A stretch of 64,000 nucleotides of DNA from assembly GCA_037382465.1 (NCBI GenBank), contig JARRPX010000002.1, forward strand, positions 6,714-70,713. The letters are read 5' to 3'. The translations under genes and the position numbers were made by a program. The notes under the pieces were generated by a model. The model ran no database searches. It worked only from the letters and a program-made list of their open reading frames with translations, and was not told where the DNA came from. Source of the DNA: Anaerolineales bacterium (GTDB lineage: Bacteria; Chloroflexota; Anaerolineae; Anaerolineales; E44-bin32). Numbering within the stretch: the stretch's first letter is position 1; every line of letters begins with the position of its first letter. This document shows positions 1-7,371 of the stretch, piece by piece.

Positions 1-618
1 CGGGTTGCTGAATTTTTCCAGATCCTGGAGGCGGGTGTCTACGGCGGATTCTCCCAGACCCGAAGTGTGGAGGATGCGGGTTTTGATCAGGCTCTGCGGG
101 TTGAATTTCTCACGCAGATATGGAATGGCATAATTTTCCAATCCGTGTTCCATCTCGGCCGGTACGCCTTGAAGTGCAAATACGACCGACGTGGCGCTTT
201 CGATCAAAAATCCCGGTGCTGTTCCGATCGGGTTGTCGATGGCGATTGCACCGCGTGGAAGTTGTGCCTGGCGGCGGTTGTTTTCGGTGGGTTGGCGTCC
301 GAAGCGAGCGAATCGCTCCAGGATTTGCTGCCATAATTCGGGGCGAAATTCGAGCGTCCGATCGAGCGCCAGAGAAATGCCTTCCCGTGTAACGTCGTCG
401 ATCGTCGGGCCCAGGCCTCCCGTGGTGATGACGACTTGCGCACGCCGGAGACTCTCGCGGACGACCTCGGCGATCCTTTCCTTGTTGTCACCGACGCTGA
501 TTGTACGGAAAACGTTGATGCCAACCTCACGCAGCGCTTGTGCGATGGTGTGCGTGTTGGTATCGACGATTTCACCCAGGAGCAGCTCGGTGCCGATCGA
601 GATAATCTCTGCTTGCAT
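1..618 (-). CDS. cinA: CinA-family protein (competence/damage-inducible protein A, MoCF-binding / NMN-amidohydrolase family); C-terminal part lies outside the window
   Basis: Absent from the ORF track because the frame stays open to nt 1. Manual minus-strand translation from ATG 618-616 gives MQAEIISIGTELLLGEIVDTNTHTIAQALREVGINV...VVITTGGLGPTIDDVTREG, the canonical CinA N-terminus. Confidence 0.8.
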   Translation of the reverse strand, partial: MQAEIISIGTELLLGEIVDTNTHTIAQALREVGINVFRTISVGDNKERIAEVVRESLRRAQVVITTGGLGPTIDDVTREGISLALDRTLEFRPELWQQILERFARFGRQPTENNRRQAQLPRGAIAIDNPIGTAPGFLIESATSVVFALQGVPAEMEHGLENYAIPYLREKFNPQSLIKTRILHTSGLGESAVDTRLQDLEKFSNP

Positions 619-758
619 GTTCCCCACTTTGAAAACGTACTGCCCTCCAGCGTATAGGCCTGGCCCCTATACTTATTATAGCCACAAGAATCGGTTTGCG
701 GCCCATGAATCCAGTACAATGGTATCGCTTTGGCAATTTAACGGGAGTTCATCTAGCT

Positions 759-1133
759 ATGCGGTCACACGAATTGGGCGAACGGGGTGAAGCTGCTGCG
801 GCGGAATTTCTCCAGTCGGCAGGTCTGGCTATTTTGGATCGTAACTGGCACTGCGAAGCGGGAGAACTCGACATCGTGGCTTTGGACGGCGAAATCATCG
901 TCATTGTGGAAGTACGCACGCGCAGCTCCGATGCATATGGTACGCCTGAGGAGAGCCTGACCCCACGGAAATGCCGGCACCTGCGGAATGCAGCCCTCGC
1001 ATACCTGCAAGAAAAGGATCGGCTCGATGCCGTTTGGCGGATCGACGTCGTCGCCATCGACGCGGATCGGCGTGGGGACGTGCAGCGGATCGAACACTAC
1101 GTAAATGCCATCGAGGGGGAGCGTGAATCATGA
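759..1133 (+). CDS. yraN: YraN-family (UPF0102) predicted endonuclease
   Basis: ORF 696..1133 trimmed to ATG 759 (MRSHELGERGEAAAAEFLQSAGLAILDRNWHCEAGELDIVALDG..IVIVEVRTR), the typical YraN core. Its stop overlaps the miaA start (ATGA at 1130-1133). Confidence 0.8.
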   Translation: MRSHELGERGEAAAAEFLQSAGLAILDRNWHCEAGELDIVALDGEIIVIVEVRTRSSDAYGTPEESLTPRKCRHLRNAALAYLQEKDRLDAVWRIDVVAIDADRRGDVQRIEHYVNAIEGERES

Positions 1134-2062
1134 ATCCGGAAAACAAGGTCGTGGCGATCTTTGGGCCTACGGCCGTCGGCAAGACCGAAGCCGCGATACT
1201 CGCGGCCGAGAAAGTGGATGCGGAAATCGTGTCTGTCGATTCACGCCAAATCTATCGGGGTATGGACATCGGTACGGCAAAGCCGACGGCCGAACAGCGA
1301 GCGCGCATACCGCACCACCTGATCGACGTGGCCGACCCCGAGCATCCCTGGTCGCTGGTCGATTTCAACAGAGCCGCTTTGGCCGCCATCGATGCGATCC
1401 ACGCGCACCGGCGTCTGCCGCTGCTCGTGGGCGGAACGGGACAGTACTTTGCCGCCATCTTGGAGGGCTGGCAGCCGCCGTTAAATGAATCCGATCTCGA
1501 GTTGCGTCGTGAGTTGGAGGCGTATGCAGCGGAACATGGATCCCGTGCGCTGCATGAGAAGCTGCGGAAAATCGATCCACTTTCAGCGCAGCGCATCGAT
1601 CACCGCAACGTGCGCCGCGTGGTGCGCGCCATCGAAATCTGTCACATCAGCGGCAGGCCGGCGAGCAGCTTGCGCCGCAAAGAGCCGCCGCCGTTCGACG
1701 TGCTGCGAATCGGGTTGACGATGCCGCGCAAGAAACTGTACGCCCGAATCGACGAGCGTATAGAAGCGATGATTGCGCAGGGTTTCGTCCAGGAAGTGGA
1801 AAAACTCTTTGCGAAGGGACTGCGTCCGGAGAATTCGGCCATGTCTGCCATCGGTTACCGGCAAATCGGGGAGTATTTACAGGGGAAGACGACTCTGGAG
1901 CAGGCCGTCCTCCAAATCCGCCGTCTGACGAGACAATTCGTGCGCAGACAGGCGAACTGGTTCAAAGCCGACGATCCGCAGATTCATTGGATCGACGCAG
2001 GACCGGATGCAGGGGCCGAGATCGTTACGCTCATCAAACGCTGGTGCACGGAGGACGACTAG
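1130..2062 (+). CDS. miaA: tRNA dimethylallyltransferase (i6A37 synthase)
   Basis: 310 aa with P-loop GPTAVGKT and the VSVDSRQIYRGMDIGTAKPT motif. Full-length MiaA layout. Confidence 0.93.
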   Translation: MNPENKVVAIFGPTAVGKTEAAILAAEKVDAEIVSVDSRQIYRGMDIGTAKPTAEQRARIPHHLIDVADPEHPWSLVDFNRAALAAIDAIHAHRRLPLLVGGTGQYFAAILEGWQPPLNESDLELRRELEAYAAEHGSRALHEKLRKIDPLSAQRIDHRNVRRVVRAIEICHISGRPASSLRRKEPPPFDVLRIGLTMPRKKLYARIDERIEAMIAQGFVQEVEKLFAKGLRPENSAMSAIGYRQIGEYLQGKTTLEQAVLQIRRLTRQFVRRQANWFKADDPQIHWIDAGPDAGAEIVTLIKRWCTEDD

Positions 2063-3030
2063 AGGTTATTGAGTATCAAAAACAGGAGCGCGGAAATGGC
2101 CGCCGTGCTGGGGATGGTAAGCAGCCAGGCCGTCAACATTTCACCCAACACCTGCCAGCGGACCATGTTTGCACGGTGACCGGCGCCGACTCCGACGATG
2201 GCGGAGCTCATGACTTGAGTCGTGCTGACCGGGCCTCCGAAAATGGCTGCGCCAAAAATGACCGCAGATCCCGCGACCTGCGATGAAAATGCGTGAACGG
2301 GCCGAATACGGAAGATTTTTCCTCCCAGCGTGCGGATCAGCCGCCAGCCTCCGATTGCGGTTCCCAGAGCGATCGAGCTTGCGCTTATCGTGATGACCCA
2401 GAGCGGCACCTTGAAAGTTGCGATTTTACTCATGAGCACGAGACCCAGGGTAATCACGCCCATGGTTTTCTGCGCATCGTTTGCGCCGTGGCTCAGACCC
2501 AGCCCGATCAGAGTCAACACCTGCATGCGCCGGAAAAGGATGTTGACCTTCGGTGTCGCTTTACGGAACAGCCAGAGAATGATACGGATGATGATGAAGC
2601 CGACGATCATGCCCAGCAGGGGGGAAATCAGCAGTGTAAGGACGATTTTGAGCAAACCGCCGAGTCGTACGACCTCCAGGCCGCTGCCCATGATGGCAGC
2701 ACCCAGAAGGCCGCCGATCAACGCGTGCGATGAGGAGGAGGGAAGACCGATATACCAGGTAAGCACGTTCCAAACGATGGCTGCAGCTAGAGCGGACAAG
2801 ACCACGTTGAGATCGATGGCCTTGATATCGAGTAAATCTTCCCCCACTGTAGTTGCGACTGCGACGCCGAACAAGTAGGGACCGACGAAATTCGCCATCG
2901 CTGCAATCACCAAGGCCGTTCGAGGGCGAAGGGCACGAGACGAGATGACGCCCGCAACGATGTTGGAGCTGTCGTTCATGCCGTTGAGGAAGTCGAAGAC
3001 CAGCGCCAATGCCAACAGAATGTAGATCAA
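2059..3030 (-). CDS. pit: inorganic phosphate transporter, PiT family
   Basis: 323 aa polytopic protein with the two PiT signature repeats FDFLNGMNDSSN and GANDAQKTMG. TTG start preceded by AAGGTAAGGA. Its 3' end overlaps the convergent miaA 3' end by 4 nt. Confidence 0.88.
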   Translation of the reverse strand: MIYILLALALVFDFLNGMNDSSNIVAGVISSRALRPRTALVIAAMANFVGPYLFGVAVATTVGEDLLDIKAIDLNVVLSALAAAIVWNVLTWYIGLPSSSSHALIGGLLGAAIMGSGLEVVRLGGLLKIVLTLLISPLLGMIVGFIIIRIILWLFRKATPKVNILFRRMQVLTLIGLGLSHGANDAQKTMGVITLGLVLMSKIATFKVPLWVITISASSIALGTAIGGWRLIRTLGGKIFRIRPVHAFSSQVAGSAVIFGAAIFGGPVSTTQVMSSAIVGVGAGHRANMVRWQVLGEMLTAWLLTIPSTAAISALLFLILNNL

Positions 3031-3156
3031 TGTTTCCTTACCTTGATTTACGAGGATGGTATGTCGCAGCCGAGAGGATCACTCAGGGCGAATGCAGCGA
3101 AGATGATTCCAGCTCGGCGCTGAACCAGTTTACCACACCGTGCAGGGGCGCAGCGG

Positions 3157-3960
3157 TCATCGGATGCGGGCGGGTAAATTCGGCTCGGTGAACGATGCGC
3201 CGATGCGATGGATGGCCAAGATGGTGAGGGTGATGGCGAGTCCCGGAGTCAGGACCAACCAGGGGGCTTCGACGAGAAACACTCGCCCCTGATTGAGGAT
3301 CGCTCCCCAATCGGGCAGAGATGGATCGCCGGCAAGACCCAGAAAAGTGAGCGTCGTTACACCCAGAAACGCCCAAGCGTAATGGGTCGTTGCGAGGAAG
3401 ACGATCTGGCCTGCGGCGTTCGGCAGCAGGTGACGAATCGCGATCTGCAGCCGGGTCGCCCCCAGTGATTCTGCGGCGGTAATGTATTCCTTTTCCATCA
3501 ACTGAAGGCTGAGCGTGCGCGTCACGCGGGCGAACGCTGGTGCGCCGCCCAGGCCGATGGCGAGGATCACCGTCGTGATCCCCGGTCCGAATCCGGCCAC
3601 GAGGAGCATGGCAAGCAGCAGCGCGGGAACGGCGAGCGCGGCGTTGATCGAGGCCGAGATGAGTCGATCGAGCAGCCCACCGAAAGCAGCAGCGGTAAAC
3701 CCCAGCAAACTTCCAAGGATCAAGGTCAGCAGTGCGGCCAGGAATGCGGCGCCGGGACTGATGCGGCAGCCGTAGAGCATACGCGACCAGAGATCGCGGC
3801 CCAATCCATCGGTGCCGAGAGGAAAGTGGGTTCGAGGCGACAGCAGCGGATCGGCGACGGGGTGGTTCGGATTGGCGGTCGCGATCAGCGGCGCGGCAAA
3901 CGCCAGCATGGCGACGGTCAACAGCCAGGCAAGCGCCAGAAAATCCGCAGCGCGTTTCAT
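3157..3960 (-). CDS. ABC transporter permease, DppC/OppC type (peptide/nickel/oligosaccharide family)
   Basis: ORF 3157..4551 trimmed to ATG 3960 (MKRAADFLALAWLL...). Contains the PLGTDGLGRDLWSRMLYG motif and an EAA-like loop ITAAESLGATRLQIAIRHLLPN. Start overlaps the upstream permease stop (ATGA). Confidence 0.85.
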   Translation of the reverse strand: MKRAADFLALAWLLTVAMLAFAAPLIATANPNHPVADPLLSPRTHFPLGTDGLGRDLWSRMLYGCRISPGAAFLAALLTLILGSLLGFTAAAFGGLLDRLISASINAALAVPALLLAMLLVAGFGPGITTVILAIGLGGAPAFARVTRTLSLQLMEKEYITAAESLGATRLQIAIRHLLPNAAGQIVFLATTHYAWAFLGVTTLTFLGLAGDPSLPDWGAILNQGRVFLVEAPWLVLTPGLAITLTILAIHRIGASFTEPNLPARIR

Positions 3961-4877
3961 CCGGCGCCCCTTCGCAAACGAGGATCGATGGCAAGCGAGA
4001 GCAGTTCGGCGATGATGTGACTCAGTGTGTAGAAGATGGCGACAACGGCTACGATTCCCTGCGCGATGGGGAAGTCCCCCTCGAGGATCGAATCGATCAG
4101 CAGCCTGCCCAAACCCGGACGGGCGAAGATGGTCTCGGTGATCACCGTTCCGGAAAGCAGGAAGGCAGCTTCGAGGGCGCTCATCGAGATCGCCGGCGGC
4201 AGCGAGGGTTTCAACGCATGCCACAAGTATCGAAAACCGCTCTGGATGCCTCGGGCTTGAGCGGCGAGCATGTACGGCTGCCGCAGGCTTTCGCGAAGAC
4301 CGGCCTGGACGACGCGGGCGATCCCGCCGGCCGTCGCGAAACCCAGCACGAGCGCCGGAAGAACGAGACGTTGGATTGGATTCAAAGCGCCTTCGGGAAG
4401 ATGCCCGTATCCGGTCCGTAAGGCATACAAGGCGAGGATTCCCGTGAAAGCGACCGGAAGAGACGTCGCCAATCCCGTGATCAGTATGGAAAGCCTGCCG
4501 GACCATCGTTGTTCTTTCCAGGCCGAGAGGAGACCCAGAGCGAAACCCCATGCGATGGCGATGCAGAAGCCGGCCAGGGCCAGCTCCAGGGTGGCCGGAA
4601 GCTGGGAGAGAATCTCCTGACTTACGGATCGCCGCGAGTAGAGTGAAACGCCGAGATCGCCGCGGATGAAGCCGGCCAGATAGCGCAGGTATTGGATGGG
4701 CAGCGGAACATCGAACCCGAGGTTGACGCGTAGTGTTTCGATTTGCTCACTAGTCGCCAGACCACGGCTGAGCAAACCCGAGAGTGGATCGCCGGCAGTG
4801 AGATGCAGCGCAAAAAAGGTGACAGTAACCGCCGCCCAGGCAGTAAGCAGACCTTCGAGCAGCCGGCGGACGACCAT
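3957..4877 (-). CDS. ABC transporter permease, DppB/OppB type
   Basis: ORF 3957..5045 trimmed to ATG 4877 (MVVRRLLEGLLTAWAAVTVTFFALHL...), the typical DppB N-terminus. EAA loop YMLAAQARGIQSGFRYLWHALKPSLPP. Confidence 0.85.
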   Translation of the reverse strand: MVVRRLLEGLLTAWAAVTVTFFALHLTAGDPLSGLLSRGLATSEQIETLRVNLGFDVPLPIQYLRYLAGFIRGDLGVSLYSRRSVSQEILSQLPATLELALAGFCIAIAWGFALGLLSAWKEQRWSGRLSILITGLATSLPVAFTGILALYALRTGYGHLPEGALNPIQRLVLPALVLGFATAGGIARVVQAGLRESLRQPYMLAAQARGIQSGFRYLWHALKPSLPPAISMSALEAAFLLSGTVITETIFARPGLGRLLIDSILEGDFPIAQGIVAVVAIFYTLSHIIAELLSLAIDPRLRRGAG

Positions 4878-4879
4878 TC

Positions 4880-6354
4880 TCAGGGCGTCATTTTCAGGTC
4901 GATCAGTAAAGGAAACCATCCTTGTGCTGAGAAGTATAAACCTTGTATGCGGTTGTTGGTGACGACGAGATTGACGTAATCTCGAATCGGAATCAGCAGC
5001 GCTTGATCGCGGATGCGTGTGGCTGCCGCTGCGTACAGCTCCCACCGCAGTTCGGGATCCAATGCGGCTTCCGCGGCTTGCGTGAGCAATGCGTCCAGTT
5101 CTGAATCCGCGTATCCGGTCCAGTTGTAAAAACCGTCACTGGCGTAGAACGATCGCAGCAGGTCGGGATCGGAATCGAACAAGTTGATGCCGATCAAGTG
5201 ATACTCCCCTGCGGCCTGCATTTCGTTGAGGGGCCCGAATCCCGGTGCGACCTCGAGCTTGACGCTGGCGCCAATTGTTTCCCAGGCGGCGCGCAGCAGT
5301 TGGGCAACTTCCGAATTCGAGCCCCAGGACGGTGCAACGATGAGGATCTGCAGCGGTTGGTTTTCACGGCTGCGTATTCCATCGCCGTCTTCGTCCCGCC
5401 ATCCGGCGGCGTCCAAAAGGTCCGCGGCGCGTTCCGGATCGTAGTCCGGGAATGGCGCATTGGGTGTGTAACCTTTCGTCACGGCGGTCAGCGGGGCGTT
5501 GGCGACCGGAGAGTACGCCCCGAAAACAGTCGAAACGATGGCGGGGCGATCGACTGCAGCGATGAGCGCTTCCCGAACGCGCACGTCGTCGGTCGGCGAA
5601 ATCCGGGTGTTGAAAAAAAGCCGCTTTCGAGCGCAAGGGCGCGCGTGGCGGGATCTTCGTAAAAACGAAAGACGATCGTGTCGATCGACGCCCGGTCTTG
5701 ATCATAAATCGAAGGCGCCCAATCGTAATCGTCGTAGCGGGCGATGGCCAGGTGATCGTTGGGTACGTACTCGACGAATCGGTACGGCCCGCTGCCGACC
5801 TGGTGGAATTGATAATCGCTCGACCCCCAGGTTTCGAGGGCGATTGGAGAGGCCATCCCCAAATAGACCTGCGAAAGTGCGTCAAGCAGCGGCGCGTAGG
5901 GCTCTTCGAGGCGGAACACGACGCTGTAATCGTCGAGCTTATCAACGCTTTTCAACGGGCCCAGCATGAGGGCAGCCTTGAACGAATGGTTATCGGGATC
6001 GGTGGTGTAGTCGATATTGGCCACGACGGCGTCGGCGTTGAACGGTGTGTCGTCATGGAAGGTGACGTCGTCGCGCAGATAGAAGGTGTAGGTGAGCCCG
6101 TCGTCGCTGATCGTCCAGCGTTCGGCGAGGCCGGGCACGAACTCCCCGCTGGCGGGATCTTGAAAGACCAGCGTATCGTACACCGAGCTGAGCGGGATGC
6201 CGAGTTCGGCCGAGGCGTTCAGGTGCGGATCGATTCCGGACGGCGCGAGCGTAAGTCCGTAGACCACGGAATTCGACTTGCTGGAGCTGGAACAGGCGCC
6301 AACAACCAGCGCGCAGAACAGGACGACGAGTGGTTTGAATATGTTTTGTCTCAT
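4880..6354 (-). pseudogene. ABC transporter substrate-binding lipoprotein, family 5 (DppA/OppA-like), disrupted by a frameshift and probably an internal deletion
   Basis: The N-terminal half is ORF 5488..6354: lipoprotein signal MRQNIFKPLVVLFCALVVGAC, then ...FRFYEDPATRALALESG. The C-terminal half is ORF 4880..5584 in another frame (upstream of its GTG the frame reads LFFNTRISPTDDVRVREALIAAVDR...). The frames switch at the A7 run 5613-5619 (T7 on the coding strand). Confidence 0.65.
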
Positions 6355-6355
6355 G

Positions 6356-7309
6356 TTATTTGGGGTGGGCGAGAATCATTGCACCTACGAGTCCGCCATC
6401 GTCACCCAAGGTCGCAGGGACGATGCGCAAACCCTCCAGGTATGCCGGGTGCATAACGTATTTGCGAAAAGCGGCTCGGATGGGCTGGAAAAAGGGTTCT
6501 CCGATCTGCGAGACGCCTCCCCCGAGGACGAAGATTTCGGGATTGAAAATGTGCGCAAGATTGGCCAGGTGTCTGCCCAGGATGTCGCCGGTTTCCTCGA
6601 GCGTTTCGAGGGCGAGCGAGTCGCCTTCGCCGGCGGCGCGTCCGATGTCTTCTGAACGAATTGAGCCTTCCGCTTCGTATTTTTCTCGCAGCGTCGATGC
6701 CTGGCCGTCCGCCAATTTAGCCATCGCACGCCGGGCGATGGCCGGACCTGCGGCAAGAGCCTCCACGTGGCCGGACTGGCCGCAGCCGCACCGCGGGCCA
6801 TCGGAGGTGATGCTGACGTGCCCCACTTCTCCCGCCAGACCGCAGGTTCCGGTGATCAGCTGCCCTGCGTTGATGATGCCGCCGCCGATGCCCGTGCCGA
6901 TTATCAGAAAAACGAGATTCTGTGTATCGATACCGGCGCCGAAGCGCCATTCCCCGAGCGCGGCCATGTTGGCGTCGTTGCCCAGGGCAATGGGGCAGTC
7001 GAAATGCGCTCGCATCCGGTCGACGAGGTGGAAATCGACCCAACCCGGGAGATTCGGTGCATCGAGAACGACGCCCGTCGCCGGATCCAACGGGCCCGGC
7101 GCGCCGATGCCGATGCGTAGATCGCGGATTTCCACGCCGTCCGGAATTTGAGATTCGATGGCTTGCGTAATGCGCTCGATGACCGCATCCGGTCCTTCCG
7201 AAGCCAGCGTTTCGACCTTCGTCAGCGTAGCGGGAGAAGCTTCGAACTTCGGGAAGTATGCCGCCCGAATGTGTGTGCCGCCAAGGTCGACTGCCACGAT
7301 GTGAGCCAT
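6356..7309 (-). CDS. ROK-family sugar kinase (glucokinase-like)
   Basis: ORF 6356..7366 trimmed to ATG 7309 (MAHIVAVDLGGTHIRAAYF...). ROK zinc motif GHVSITSDGPRCGCGQSGHVEALAAG. Ends 1 nt before the SBP start. Confidence 0.85.
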   Translation of the reverse strand: MAHIVAVDLGGTHIRAAYFPKFEASPATLTKVETLASEGPDAVIERITQAIESQIPDGVEIRDLRIGIGAPGPLDPATGVVLDAPNLPGWVDFHLVDRMRAHFDCPIALGNDANMAALGEWRFGAGIDTQNLVFLIIGTGIGGGIINAGQLITGTCGLAGEVGHVSITSDGPRCGCGQSGHVEALAAGPAIARRAMAKLADGQASTLREKYEAEGSIRSEDIGRAAGEGDSLALETLEETGDILGRHLANLAHIFNPEIFVLGGGVSQIGEPFFQPIRAAFRKYVMHPAYLEGLRIVPATLGDDGGLVGAMILAHPK

Positions 7310-7315
7310 GCGGCG

Positions 7316-7324
7316 AGTATAACA
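7316..7324 (-). promoter_or_regulatory. extended -10 promoter (TGtTATACT) for the ROK kinase operon; predicted leaderless transcript
   Basis: The minus strand reads tgTGtTATACTcgccgcATG. Only 6 nt lie between the -10 hexamer (7321-7316) and the ATG (7309-7307), and there is no SD sequence. Confidence 0.45.
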
Positions 7325-7333
7325 CATAGAGGC

Positions 7334-7362
7334 TTGAAGTTTGAACGGCCAGCGCTTAGAAT
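7334..7362 (+). promoter_or_regulatory. sigma70-type promoter for mutS (TTGAAG-N17-TAGAAT)
   Basis: TTGAAG at 7334-7339, exact 17-nt spacer, TAGAAT at 7357-7362. The mutS ATG (7372) follows after 9 nt with no SD-like sequence. Confidence 0.5.
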
Positions 7363-7371
7363 GCAACTGTC

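Noticed and set aside
652-672. Inverted repeat GTATAGG-N7-CCTATAC in the cinA/yraN divergent region
   Set aside because: The stems are short (7 bp), it occurs once, and it overlaps AT-rich promoter-like sequence. This is insufficient to call an operator or RNA element.
3083-4551. Long N-terminal extensions and alternative-frame ORFs over the permease genes (3083..3994, and the first 197 aa of 3157..4551)
   Set aside because: The sequences are Arg/Pro/Ser-rich with no TM pattern. The permease families start at the internal ATGs 3960 and 4877, which also create ATGA-type coupling.
5364-5945. 193-aa third-frame ORF inside the SBP pseudogene
   Set aside because: Low-complexity R/S/P-rich product. 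The SBP homology runs through the other two frames.
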